The notes under the pieces were generated by a model. It was not told the origin of the DNA, ran no database searches, and saw only the letters and a list, made by a program, of their open reading frames with translations. Below, one piece after another: positions 36,924 to 47,284 of a stretch of DNA of 64,000 nt. Where the stretch lies: positions 1 through 64,000 of the IMG/VR virus record IMGVR_UViG_3300049846_000628; one strand, 5' to 3'. The position numbers and the translations under genes are program-made. Within the stretch, counting starts at the first letter, position 1. Every line of letters starts with the position of its first letter.

Positions 36924-37282
36924 AACATATAACTCCCGTTTTGCTGCTAGCAACGGGACTTATATCTCCTTGCATCGCAGCCCCAGTTACGCCCAACTTT
37001 ACGAGTGGGACAATTACTTCGGAAACAAGAACTCGTACCGAAGTAGTTGAGGTTATCAAACAAGTAGAATATTCAACCGGAAATTCTTATACTGTTACTG
37101 GTACAAACATCAATATTCCAGACCGTCCAGGTCCAGGGGCGAACTATAGCATTATCAATCAAGGTGCTCCATTCCAGTTTAGTGAAACTCAATTGACTCC
37201 TGGAATTGCTAAAGAGACATGGATAGACCGAAAAACAACAGAAGAATCTATAACAAATACTATATCGGTCTTTACGCAATAA
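36920..37282 (+). CDS. Secreted hypothetical protein
   Basis: Signal peptide; GTGA overlap. Confidence 0.7.
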   Translation: MKHITPVLLLATGLISPCIAAPVTPNFTSGTITSETRTRTEVVEVIKQVEYSTGNSYTVTGTNINIPDRPGPGANYSIINQGAPFQFSETQLTPGIAKETWIDRKTTEESITNTISVFTQ

Positions 37283-37836
37283 TGTTTGCTGGGTCAGCAA
37301 TGGCTCAGCAAGCACCATCAAACACCAATATAGCAGGACCCTCAGCATCTGCAACTGGTAACGTAACTAACCAGGCTGTTCAGGTGCTTCAGGGTCCTTT
37401 TGCTTTGAATACTTATGGTGCTGGTGTTTCATGTCAAGGTCCAACACTGAACTTACAAACATTTGGATACAACAGTCTTTCCAATAACACAGACCCAACA
37501 TCATATCAACAGAATTCAATCAACGCTGGTCTATCTGCAGGATTCTCCATACCTCTTGATGGTTCACTTCAAGAACTCTGCAAGCAAAGAGTTCGCACAG
37601 AAATTACAAGACAACAGGCAGAAGCAGACAAAGCAAGACTTGATTTTGAACTTGTAAGACTTCTCAAATGTGGAGAAGCAAAAAAAGCAGGTATTGACTT
37701 CCACCCAACTAGTCCTTATGCGAAAGTCTGTGCTGATGTAATTGTCCAACCACCCAAAATTGTTACAATTGACCCAGTGGGTTCAATAAATAATAAGTTA
37801 TCAGCAACACAAAACAATGTCCAAGTCACCAAATAA
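37219..37836 (+). CDS. Secreted hypothetical protein (start uncertain)
   Basis: ORF track; AMA signal-peptide cleavage site. Confidence 0.65.
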   Translation: MDRPKNNRRIYNKYYIGLYAIMFAGSAMAQQAPSNTNIAGPSASATGNVTNQAVQVLQGPFALNTYGAGVSCQGPTLNLQTFGYNSLSNNTDPTSYQQNSINAGLSAGFSIPLDGSLQELCKQRVRTEITRQQAEADKARLDFELVRLLKCGEAKKAGIDFHPTSPYAKVCADVIVQPPKIVTIDPVGSINNKLSATQNNVQVTK

Positions 37837-37976
37837 GGGCAAAAAGGGTTCTGGTGGAGCAGGTTCTGCTAATAATAAGAAACAGAATTCTGGAAACGCT
37901 AACGCCAAGAAGGCGAAAAACGGCGGCAAGAAAAAGTAAGGGTGGTTAAACCAAAAAGTTTTCAACTGGTAACACC

Positions 37977-38488
37977 ATGCCACGAGAATGGAACACTCCA
38001 AAGAGGGAGTGTTGGAATGGTCCAATCCATAACATACTCAAAGCAATAGATAATCATACTCGTCTATGGATGGAAACTGGAGATTCTTGGCATGAAGAAC
38101 AATCTCAAATATTGAGAAAGTATGTAAAAGACTTGAAGATTTGGATTCATAAACAAGAAGGAGTATGGGATGAATGAATTTCCTTGGGGTGTAATTACTA
38201 TACTTGGTTGTGGTCTTATCTTTACATTATATGTAATTTACTACATATTAAGGTTAGCTCATTTGGAGATGAAAGATGAAACATCTAGCACTCATTCTAT
38301 CCACGACAAGTCTTCTGATTAGTGGAGCACTTTGCTATGGTGCCTATGTTACTTATCAAAAAGCACAAAAGATTCTGGACAATCCAGAAGAGTTTGTTGG
38401 TGCTGTTGTAGAAAAGCAAGTTACTAAAGCATTTGAAAAACTTCCTATCCCCAAACTAAATACTCAGAAGTTCAGTTTACCTTTTTAA
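37977..38488 (+). CDS. Small hypothetical genes (37977..38177, ~38170..38279, 38276..38488)
   Basis: ORF track and manual reading. Confidence 0.55.
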
Positions 38489-38925
38489 TGGAAAAAGATC
38501 CTTATATCTACAGAATTAAATCTATTTTAAAAGTTGTGGATGGAGATACAATAGATGCGTCAATAGATTTAGGGTTTGATATAAGTTTAGAAAAAAGAAT
38601 TCGTCTTGCTGGGGTTGATACTCCTGAGTCACGAACTACAGATGCGAAGGAGAAGATACTTGGACTCGAAGTTAAAGAGTGGCTCAAGAAAAAGTTAGAA
38701 GGTCAAACTGATATTATCGTTAAAACAGAACTCCCAGATTCTACCGAAAAGTACGGAAGAATTCTGGGACATTTGTTTATTGGAGATAAAGAAGTATCTG
38801 CAGTTAATAAAAAGAAATCTGTAAATCAGCAGATGATTGATGAAGGATATGCTTGGGAATATGATGGTGGAACCAAGAAGAAAGATTTTGCTTTACTTGA
38901 ATCAAAAAGACAAGCGAGCAGATAA
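38488..38925 (+). CDS. Thermonuclease (SNase-like)
   Basis: VVDGDTID...IRLAGVDTPE...KYGRILG. Confidence 0.85.
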   Translation: MEKDPYIYRIKSILKVVDGDTIDASIDLGFDISLEKRIRLAGVDTPESRTTDAKEKILGLEVKEWLKKKLEGQTDIIVKTELPDSTEKYGRILGHLFIGDKEVSAVNKKKSVNQQMIDEGYAWEYDGGTKKKDFALLESKRQASR

Positions 38926-39789
38926 TTTCTTAGCAATTTTCTTTGGTGGGGCATAGAGAGGTTTGAATCTCTCTTGCCCCTCTTTTGTAAATTTAGTTTT
39001 GATTGGTTCATCAATAATCACTTTATTTTCAATCTCATAAAGAGTATTCTTTTCTATCTGATCACGGATATATTGTTCCACATTATCCGTCTGTGCAACA
39101 AGTCTTGTTCCCTCCGAAGAATACTCAAAAATATCAATGTGCCCTGCTTCCGCCATTACATAATGAAGCACGGGTTTGACTTGTTTGATTTTGATTTTGA
39201 ACTTATTCTTTGCTGCTTCCTTGATAAATGGTTCTGCAGCATTCTTTAGGGCATTGAAGATTGCTGTTGATGCTACGGTAGCAGCAGTTGTGACTACGGC
39301 GACAGCACCAGCCGTAGCAACAATAGAAGGATCAGGTAAATTAATATTGACTCCACCGACAGTAAAAGTTGGGGTAAGTGATGGTTTATCTGCTGGTATT
39401 TCAGCAACTGTATTGGTTGTTGGTGCCGCTTGAGCAACCTGCGGAGTAGGGTCAGGCAATGCTCTAGATTTATCTGGTTCTAGTTGCTCCTGACCCTTCT
39501 GCTGTGCTCTCACGGCAGCATCAAACTGCTCCTGAGTTGGAACATCAATAACAGGGTAATCCAAAGTGGGGTTATGTACTTCTATGATAGGAAGAGAAAG
39601 ACCCCTTATAACAGAAGATCCAGATTGATCAGGCTTCCCTAGACGCTCTACTATAGTCTGGGGAATCTCCCGAATCACAGTTTGGGCAACCTGCGTCTTG
39701 GGCAACTGCAGGGGCGATATCTGCTGGTGGTTCAGGTTCTGGAGTTGGCTCAACTGCAGTGACTGCAGGTTGGGTATCTGGTTTGGCAT
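38902..39789 (-). CDS. Hypothetical protein
   Basis: ORF track. Confidence 0.55.
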   Translation of the reverse strand: MPNQIPNLQSLQLSQLQNLNHQQISPLQLPKTQVAQTVIREIPQTIVERLGKPDQSGSSVIRGLSLPIIEVHNPTLDYPVIDVPTQEQFDAAVRAQQKGQEQLEPDKSRALPDPTPQVAQAAPTTNTVAEIPADKPSLTPTFTVGGVNINLPDPSIVATAGAVAVVTTAATVASTAIFNALKNAAEPFIKEAAKNKFKIKIKQVKPVLHYVMAEAGHIDIFEYSSEGTRLVAQTDNVEQYIRDQIEKNTLYEIENKVIIDEPIKTKFTKEGQERFKPLYAPPKKIAKKLSARLSF

Positions 39790-39991
39790 CGTCCTTTTCA
39801 GCGTCTTTCTTCATAGTGTTGACACCAAATGTTGCTGCTGAAGCAGTGAATACAGTAGCAATAAAAGTCGGGTCCATTTTAGGCAACAGACCCGCATAGC
39901 TAGCAGTAAGTAGTGCAGCACTCCAACTCAAAACAGCAACACGAATAACAGTACCCATACATTTTTCTCTTTTTTGTGCTTTATCGCTCAT
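39629..39991 (-). CDS. Hypothetical membrane protein (2 TM, possible holin)
   Basis: Two hydrophobic segments; lies in the lysis region. Confidence 0.45.
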   Translation of the reverse strand: MSDKAQKREKCMGTVIRVAVLSWSAALLTASYAGLLPKMDPTFIATVFTASAATFGVNTMKKDAEKDDAKPDTQPAVTAVEPTPEPEPPADIAPAVAQDAGCPNCDSGDSPDYSRASREA

Positions 39992-40025
39992 TGTCCGTGA
40001 GTGAAGTTTCTCCACTATTTATGAA

Positions 40026-42311
40026 TTAGAACCTAAACTTGACCTTACCAGAAACAGAATTTGTGGTTACACCATCAAATTTTCCGTGAGTTCCTTCAAC
40101 AAATAAGAACTGGTTGTAATCAAGAGATGCCTTCACCTGATAAGAAGAATCAGTTCTATAGAGACCCTCTACACCAAATCCAATCTTACCACTTCTTTCT
40201 TCAATCTTAAGTCCAATCTCACCAACATTAGTGGTTTGATTGAATGAACCAACCTTTCTAGCAGACTGAATTGAACCCGTTTCAGTATATCCATTTCTAG
40301 ATACATTCTGAATTATGTGTCCAATAAATGGTTTGACTGCCTTTGAAAGATGCCAATATAAACGATTAGAAACCCACCACTCAGAACCAGTAGTCTCTCC
40401 AGAATTATTAAAGACACCCTCTACGGTTCTATTGTAATTGTATCTGCTGTTTGCAATTGCAGCATTTGTATTCAGAGTAAATGTATTACCGTGAAGAGTA
40501 TTGAAGACTCCAATATGTTGTTTATTCTGAGTCGTCTTACTATCAGAACCATTCAGATTTACGTTGACTTGATTATACTGAGCACCAACGGTCCATCCTT
40601 TGGTTAGGTCAAGTTCAAATCCACCACCAAAGATTTTAGTATCAGCATTATATCCACCATCAGCATATGATTGAACAAAACGATTGTTCTCAAATACTCT
40701 AAACTTCTGTTTGGTTCTTGATGGTTCGTGATTCAGAAGAGAATTGATACCATCATTCAGTCCATCAAGAACTTGAAGTTGGTCTACACGACCTTGATAG
40801 TAATCGTAAGAGTCAGATACTGCGACAGATTCAGACAATGAATAAGTATTTGTTGGAGTTCCCTCAGTAACTACTGTGGTTCCATCAGCATAAACAGTCG
40901 TTGTTACTGGTGTAGTTGTTGTAGTAGTAACCATTGGTGTGGTTACTGTTGTGACTGTTTGCTTCGTGATTTTCTGTTTTGAACCACTTACTTTGGAATT
41001 GTAATTATATTCCTTTGTAGTGACTGATGGTAAAGTTTCAGATGCAGCAACTACAGAAGAAACTGCTGGAGCAATCGTAGATGTATAGTTCAGAACAGTT
41101 CCAGTAACTTGTGAAGTAGAAGAACCATTTGATGTAGAAGATGTTACAACTGGAGTTCCATTGGATGTTGTTGTAGAACCATCCGAATATGTGGTGGTTG
41201 TAACTGGAGTTGTGGTTGTAGTTGTTGTAGTAACTGGTGTTGTTGTTACCACAGTATCAGTATAATTTTGGATTGTTCCGTATCCATTTTCATCAAGAGT
41301 GTTTACATCATAAGTTACTTGTGCAGTTACAGAAACATCAGTTGTTGATGTTGTTGTTACAACTTGGTCAGTTGTTGTAGTTCCAGTAACTGTTGGAGTT
41401 GATGGAGTTGGATTTACTGTAGGAGCATTTGGATTGTTAGGAGCAACCGCACCAAATGGTTGTCCGTTAGCCAAAGTGGTTCCTGGTTGACTATCAACTA
41501 AAAGAACTGGTGAAAGTGATGTATCTCCAAGGTTGAATACTGCGAATCCTAATAAGTAATCGCCAGTTGTATCAACTTGATATGTGGATACTTGCCATCC
41601 AGTAGAACCATAAGTTCCTGTTGAATAATCGCCAGTTCCTGGATTGGTAAATCCAAGTAAAGCATAATTCTGGACATAGTTGTTTACAGTAACAACTGGT
41701 GTAGAACCTGTTCCTTGGAATACAAGAGATGTAATAGAACCATCATTAAATGGAACATAATCAGTTCCAATATAGTTCCAAGACATCGTATAGGTTGTTC
41801 CTGCGGTCAAGGATATATTCTTAGTAAACCAAGCAGCATTAGTAGGATTTGGATTTCCGAGACCTGATGCTTGTTGGTCTTGCTGAAGTTTTGTTTTGAT
41901 TGCTTGATTCTCTACAGATGTAAGTCCTAATGCAGATGTTGCGGCATCAAAAGTTACGTTTCCAGTTGGTTGTAATGCAGCACCATAAGTTCCATATGGG
42001 GCAAATGTCCAAGTGGTTGGTGATACCGATGGTTGATAATATGGGTTAGGAGAACCATCAGGCTTAGTTGGACTTCCTACTGCAGGGTGTGATGGGGCAC
42101 TGAATGTTACTGAACCGTTGATAAGAGTAACTCCAGTTCCGTTACCAGTAATGGTTCCATTCGTAAGAGTCCCTGTTTGAGAACCAATGTTCCAACCAGA
42201 TAAAGACCCTCCCTCAAAATCTGTACCAGAAATTGTATCTGCGTATGCTACTGTTGGCACTCCAAAAAGAAGCGCAGACGCTGCAGCAAGCGCCTTTTGC
42301 GTGTAAGACAT
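40026..42311 (-). CDS. Secreted Thr-rich protein with a C-terminal beta-barrel (autotransporter-like)
   Basis: Signal peptide; duplicated TTTTTPVTTT..DG..T..GTP stalk; amphipathic strands ending KFRF. Confidence 0.65.
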   Translation of the reverse strand: MSYTQKALAAASALLFGVPTVAYADTISGTDFEGGSLSGWNIGSQTGTLTNGTITGNGTGVTLINGSVTFSAPSHPAVGSPTKPDGSPNPYYQPSVSPTTWTFAPYGTYGAALQPTGNVTFDAATSALGLTSVENQAIKTKLQQDQQASGLGNPNPTNAAWFTKNISLTAGTTYTMSWNYIGTDYVPFNDGSITSLVFQGTGSTPVVTVNNYVQNYALLGFTNPGTGDYSTGTYGSTGWQVSTYQVDTTGDYLLGFAVFNLGDTSLSPVLLVDSQPGTTLANGQPFGAVAPNNPNAPTVNPTPSTPTVTGTTTTDQVVTTTSTTDVSVTAQVTYDVNTLDENGYGTIQNYTDTVVTTTPVTTTTTTTTPVTTTTYSDGSTTTSNGTPVVTSSTSNGSSTSQVTGTVLNYTSTIAPAVSSVVAASETLPSVTTKEYNYNSKVSGSKQKITKQTVTTVTTPMVTTTTTTPVTTTVYADGTTVVTEGTPTNTYSLSESVAVSDSYDYYQGRVDQLQVLDGLNDGINSLLNHEPSRTKQKFRVFENNRFVQSYADGGYNADTKIFGGGFELDLTKGWTVGAQYNQVNVNLNGSDSKTTQNKQHIGVFNTLHGNTFTLNTNAAIANSRYNYNRTVEGVFNNSGETTGSEWWVSNRLYWHLSKAVKPFIGHIIQNVSRNGYTETGSIQSARKVGSFNQTTNVGEIGLKIEERSGKIGFGVEGLYRTDSSYQVKASLDYNQFLFVEGTHGKFDGVTTNSVSGKVKFRF

Positions 42312-42419
42312 AAAAACAAGGTGAGTTGGTGTGGTAGTAATTTTCTAGAACTACCAAACACAACTCACCTTGGTGTGGGTTTGAGTTGCAGTTTCAACTC
42401 ACTGGTTGAAACTATTTAG

Positions 42420-43085
42420 TCATCCTTTCTTCCAGGCTTCACCTTCTGCCTTTCTTCTACGTGCAAGACCTGCTTCTACATTTGAACCAGGATTGCGATA
42501 GAGATATAAGGCATCGGGAACTAGATCCCACTCCTTATTCTTCAAGCGTTTAGTAATAGTATTAAAGTTATCACCACCGTAAAAACCGGCACCAAGATTA
42601 TAAGCAAAGCTGAGCAGAGCGCCTCTTTTTCCATCTGACATTTCATTCCAATGTGGGATTTTGCGAAGTGCAGGAAGGAACTGATTCTTACATTGACTGA
42701 TCAATAAATCATCTGCTTCCTGTTGAGTGATTGTATCACCAAGTTTAAATGGTGATCCATCTTTCTTTCTGGTTGATCCCCAACCGATTGTAATTGGAAG
42801 TCCACCAGTTAAAGGATCGGGATACGCTTTTAGGTGACATCCTTCAAACTCTTTAATTAACTTGATGCCCATCATAGGAACATCATCGCCACCAACTACA
42901 GGAGCTGCAGCAGCAGGTGCTGGTGCAGCATTACCCTTTTTTCCTCTATAAATCTCCGCCCAATCTACCGTATCATCAAGATACTTGACTGGGAGATTAT
43001 CTTCCAACCATTGAACTGCTTTAACGTGGTTAGGATTCTTCTCGTCATAAAACTTGAAGAAGTTGTGTAGATCAATTCTTGCCAT
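42420..43085 (-). CDS. Endolysin (GH24 lysozyme)
   Basis: IKEFEG..AYPDP...TIGWG..ALLSFAYNLG..GLARRRKAE. Confidence 0.92.
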   Translation of the reverse strand: MARIDLHNFFKFYDEKNPNHVKAVQWLEDNLPVKYLDDTVDWAEIYRGKKGNAAPAPAAAAPVVGGDDVPMMGIKLIKEFEGCHLKAYPDPLTGGLPITIGWGSTRKKDGSPFKLGDTITQQEADDLLISQCKNQFLPALRKIPHWNEMSDGKRGALLSFAYNLGAGFYGGDNFNTITKRLKNKEWDLVPDALYLYRNPGSNVEAGLARRRKAEGEAWKKG

Positions 43086-43183
43086 TTTTGTCTCCGAAAT
43101 AACGTTGATAAAGTTCGTTTGCCTCTAGATGCTTTCCGCTATTTGTAAGATCTCTAATGACCTTAAGCATCTTTCTTTTAAAA

Positions 43184-43855
43184 TTAGTCGAAGATTCTGC
43201 CCCATCCATCGTTGCCTCCTGGGCACCAACGGTGCTTAAGAACTGCTTTGGTGTAGATGGTTTTCTTACCGTTAGTCACAGGACCAGTGTAATTATCATT
43301 CAGAGAACCATATGGATCATTTACATAATATCCTTTACCATCTGGGGTCTTACCGATTACAACACACATATGCCCACCAGTAGGTGCAGAAAGAGAACCC
43401 CTGTGAAGGATACCAATAACGACAGGCTTCCCAGCATCGAGACTTTTATCAATATCAGCAAAAGAAAGATTGTAACTAAAGTGTGACTTAACTCCATAAC
43501 CAGCCAGAACTTTTGTCTGTACGGAGTGATCAGTTGTATCACCAATTGCGAATACTTTCTTAACGTATTCATCATCACCTTTGATGCTTCCTGGCTTGAG
43601 GAACGCAAGGCACATAGCGCACGATGAACTGTTGCAAGTTCTATGTGCATCTCTGTAGTTGTCTACTTGATTAAAGTATGGAACATTGAGAACTGCTGGA
43701 GTTGGTGGTTTAGTTCTGTAAATACCAATCCAGTCAGTTTCTGCATCGTCAAGAAATTGAGCAGGTAGGTTATCTTCTAACCATTGAACTGCTGCTACAT
43801 GATTTGAATTATTTTCGTCGTAAAACTTGAAAAAGTTATGAAGGTCAAGAGTCAT
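43184..43855 (-). CDS. Peptidase C39-like cell-wall protein
   Basis: VPYFNQ...CNSSSCAM...GHMCVVIG..YVNDPYG. Confidence 0.8.
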   Translation of the reverse strand: MTLDLHNFFKFYDENNSNHVAAVQWLEDNLPAQFLDDAETDWIGIYRTKPPTPAVLNVPYFNQVDNYRDAHRTCNSSSCAMCLAFLKPGSIKGDDEYVKKVFAIGDTTDHSVQTKVLAGYGVKSHFSYNLSFADIDKSLDAGKPVVIGILHRGSLSAPTGGHMCVVIGKTPDGKGYYVNDPYGSLNDNYTGPVTNGKKTIYTKAVLKHRWCPGGNDGWGRIFD

Positions 43856-44033
43856 CTTCTTCTCCTATAAACTCTAATGAGAAAATATTATGGTCTAAGA
43901 TATCTGGATTCAACCATTCACTGAACTCAGATTGAATCGCATGGGCATCTTCAATATTTTCTTCACATAGAGTATGAATCCGATCAATCGCCCAATCATG
44001 AGTTTCCTGAAGCGTCTCTTCCAAAGTTACCAT
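43845..44033 (-). CDS. Hypothetical protein
   Basis: ORF track. Confidence 0.6.
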   Translation of the reverse strand: MVTLEETLQETHDWAIDRIHTLCEENIEDAHAIQSEFSEWLNPDILDHNIFSLEFIGEEDDS

Positions 44034-44445
44034 AATCTTTTCGCATATAGCGTCCTAGAATATTGCTATTGTAGTACGCTGGACTTCCATCGTCAAGAGA
44101 CTCTTTCAACACATTATTTAGGAAAAGCTGTCTTGTTTCTTCATAATTACAATCCCCTTTTGTTTTATGAAGACTTATAATTTCTCTATTGAAAAACTCT
44201 TTACCATATTTTTTAATATCCTCCTTCAACTCAGGGCAAGAACCATAATACTTTTTCCAATCTGATTCTTGCTTTACTTTTCTCTTCTTTCCTGGAGGAG
44301 TTCTAAAAGACCAAAAATACTTTCTACCCCAATATTTACGGTCAGTTTTATTACAAGATATAAGATAAACAAAACCAAAATAATCTTGAATATCAGAAGA
44401 CTCAAAAATTTCCCCATTGAATCTCCAAGGGTTTTCATAACTCAT
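43996..44445 (-). CDS. GIY-YIG (Seg-like) nuclease
   Basis: GFVYLI...KYWGRK...YYGS. Confidence 0.8.
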   Translation of the reverse strand: MSYENPWRFNGEIFESSDIQDYFGFVYLISCNKTDRKYWGRKYFWSFRTPPGKKRKVKQESDWKKYYGSCPELKEDIKKYGKEFFNREIISLHKTKGDCNYEETRQLFLNNVLKESLDDGSPAYYNSNILGRYMRKDYGNFGRDASGNS

Positions 44446-44554
44446 ACTATAGAATCTTTATGAGCTATTATTTATCTTCAACGGAGACAAACCTAGTCTA
44501 GCAATAAAAAAGCACCCCTGTCAAGAGGTGCTTTATAAAATTTTAAAAGTAATA

Positions 44555-46801
44555 TCAGCGACCGAAATTTGGACCAGGATTTGCTTGTGATTTGTTCTTA
44601 TTTTCAACGTTCTTTGCACCTTGTCTCATAACTTGATCACGAGTTTGACCGCTTCTTTCTGCTGCTGCTCCGCCACCAGCACCATAGGTTGTTAATTTAC
44701 CACTATCAGTTCTACTTGCTGGTTTAGCAAATGGTGATGTATAAGAAGGAAGTGGTGCAGTTGGTCTGCTAAAAGGACTTGTATTTTGTGCTCTAGATGC
44801 AGCCGAATTGTTCGGGTTTAAAATACCACGGAACCACTCTCCAGGAGACTCAACAATGCCCTGAACAGTTTCAGAAGACATCTCCATCATTACATAAAGT
44901 GCCTCTTCTAAGGTGTCTACGTGCCCCTGAGATAAGAGATACTCAAGAACAAGATCAAAAGCATCATACTGCTCTTTAACACCTAAAACGTTTTTAGTTC
45001 TTTGCGACATTCTAGCAGTAGCAGCGGGAGAATAAGCACCACCAGAAAGTTTAGACTGTGCTTGTGGTTCTGGTGTTGAGGTTGTAGACTGTGGAGCAGC
45101 AGGTCTTAATGCACGAAGTTCATCAGCCTGCTTCGCCATTACACTTTGACCCGTACCCCTTTGAGTTCCAGCGGGAGTTACATTTTTAGCAAGAGTATTA
45201 GCATACTTTTTACGCCAAATATCTAAACCAGTGTCTCTTACCTTCGCCATTTGAGCAGCATCACCGCTCTTTCTAGCAGATGCTGCAGCCTTCATATATT
45301 CCCTTACCGCAGGTGACTCAGGAGCAGGTTGACGTGGAGGAGCAGGAGGGGCTGGTGGTCTTCTTGAACCTGCACCTGTTCCGCTGCCTCCTGCTGACGG
45401 GACTGGGGGTGCAGGTGGTCTTGAACCTACCTGATTTCCTCTTGGACCAGTTCCTGGTTGTGCGGCATAAGGTGGAAGACCTGGCATAGGGGGTCTTGAA
45501 GTAGATTGGTTTGGATACTCAGTAAATTTTCCTTTTCCAGATGTATCATAAACTACATATCCTCTCTTACCACCTTTAGTAATAGGATAACCTCTTCCAG
45601 GCATTACTTTTTGTAAGTTGCCTTGTCTGTTATAAATTTCAATAGGTTCTACTTTTTCTCTTATTGGGGCTGGTGCTCCTCTTCTTGGTCTTGATGGAGA
45701 TGTTGCTGGTGGTTGTGCTCGTAATTCTTTAGCACGTTTTACATCAACATCTTTTTGAATGTTACTACCAATATTTTTTAAAAATTGTCCTGTTTGTTGA
45801 AGTTCTCCTGGTGTGCCAGTATCTTTTATTCCTGGAGTAGCAGCCGCAACTGAAGCAGCAGTTTTAGACAAATCACCTATACCACCAACTGTAGCGCCAC
45901 CAAGTCTTTGAGTTACGCTTGATTGCCCTGATGCTGCTCGTTTAACATCAATAGCACCACCAATTAATCCACCAACTCCAGTAACTGCTGCAACAGTTGG
46001 AGCAACGCCATATTTCAAAAGACCTTTTGTAACACCTTTTACTCTAGGTCCAGGAGTAAGAGCTCGTGTAACTCTACCTACTGTATCCCTAAGACCAATG
46101 CTAGGCCAACCTTGCTGCCTCTGTGGAGTTCCTGATGGTTGTCTGGATGCTGGAGTAGTAGCAGTTGGTTTTGGTGATGGTGATTGTGTAGGTGCTGATG
46201 GTTTTGCTGCTTGTTGTGCTCTCCCCTTTGATGTAAAACTAGAAAGCCAATCTCCAAAACGTGCAAAAGACCCTTTATCTGCACCTGGAGGTGGAGTTAC
46301 CGATGGTCTTGTAGGTCTTCCACTTGAAACTCCGGGAGCATAAAGAGGATTAGAAGATGGTTTGGGAGATGGTGCAGTAGTTCCTAGTTTTACTGGTGCT
46401 GCTTGAATTATTGATGGTTTTGGTGCTCTCGTTGCTGTTTGAGTTGCTGTTTGAACCGCTTGACGACCTTTAAAAAGATTGCCGAGTCCAGATAAAAATC
46501 CTAATCTTTCTTGAAGTAAATTTTCAACTTGCTCTTCTGTTAGTTCTTCTGCTGATTCATTTAATTGAGTAATAAAAGATTCAACTTCATGAAGTTCTGG
46601 TGTAAGGACATTTTCTAGAAATGATTCATATATTTCATCCCAACTATAATCACTAAGATCATACCCCTCATTTACAAGTTCATTAACACTTTCTGCAACA
46701 GTATCTAACACACTGTTTAAAAATAATTCTATTTCATCAGTATAAACAGAATTATAGGCTTCGTATAAATCACGAATTGTTTCTGATGTAAATGAAGACA
46801 T
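44555..46801 (-). CDS. Large low-complexity Pro/Gly-rich protein (probable virion/internal protein)
   Basis: ORF track; late promoter TATAAA upstream. Confidence 0.6.
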   Translation of the reverse strand: MSSFTSETIRDLYEAYNSVYTDEIELFLNSVLDTVAESVNELVNEGYDLSDYSWDEIYESFLENVLTPELHEVESFITQLNESAEELTEEQVENLLQERLGFLSGLGNLFKGRQAVQTATQTATRAPKPSIIQAAPVKLGTTAPSPKPSSNPLYAPGVSSGRPTRPSVTPPPGADKGSFARFGDWLSSFTSKGRAQQAAKPSAPTQSPSPKPTATTPASRQPSGTPQRQQGWPSIGLRDTVGRVTRALTPGPRVKGVTKGLLKYGVAPTVAAVTGVGGLIGGAIDVKRAASGQSSVTQRLGGATVGGIGDLSKTAASVAAATPGIKDTGTPGELQQTGQFLKNIGSNIQKDVDVKRAKELRAQPPATSPSRPRRGAPAPIREKVEPIEIYNRQGNLQKVMPGRGYPITKGGKRGYVVYDTSGKGKFTEYPNQSTSRPPMPGLPPYAAQPGTGPRGNQVGSRPPAPPVPSAGGSGTGAGSRRPPAPPAPPRQPAPESPAVREYMKAAASARKSGDAAQMAKVRDTGLDIWRKKYANTLAKNVTPAGTQRGTGQSVMAKQADELRALRPAAPQSTTSTPEPQAQSKLSGGAYSPAATARMSQRTKNVLGVKEQYDAFDLVLEYLLSQGHVDTLEEALYVMMEMSSETVQGIVESPGEWFRGILNPNNSAASRAQNTSPFSRPTAPLPSYTSPFAKPASRTDSGKLTTYGAGGGAAAERSGQTRDQVMRQGAKNVENKNKSQANPGPNFGR

Positions 46802-46834
46802 TTTTACTATTCTTATATTCCTATACTTTATTTA

Positions 46835-47248
46835 TCAAAAAGATCTACCTAGCATTTGAGTATATGCTTGTGGATTTGCCTTATACGCTTTAGTATGTTG
46901 GGGAATAACTTGCTTATCAAACTTTCTAAATGCTGGATTCTCCATTGCCCAACTTGCTAATCCTAACGCTTGGCTTGGACCTGGTGGTGTGACCCCAGAC
47001 AATACTGCTGTAGTTCTTTCTAATGGTCCAAGACTACGCTTTCCTGCTTTGTCTATATTATAAAGTCTATTTGCTACTCCTAAAACTGGTCCAGCAATAT
47101 TTGCAGCAGTTCTGGTAACTGGATTATTAATAATCGGACTTCTACCTAAAGCACTAAGTCCACGCTGCAATGGATTTTGAGCAGTAGCAGTCGCTGCAAC
47201 TTCAGTTAATTGATAAGCATCTTCACAAAATTGCTGAAAGGTTTTCAT
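46835..47248 (-). CDS. Hypothetical late protein
   Basis: MKTFQQF..E N-terminus; TATAAATA upstream. Confidence 0.6.
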   Translation of the reverse strand: MKTFQQFCEDAYQLTEVAATATAQNPLQRGLSALGRSPIINNPVTRTAANIAGPVLGVANRLYNIDKAGKRSLGPLERTTAVLSGVTPPGPSQALGLASWAMENPAFRKFDKQVIPQHTKAYKANPQAYTQMLGRSF

Positions 47249-47284
47249 TTATTTTCGTTTTTAGATATTTATAAAAAAAGAGGG

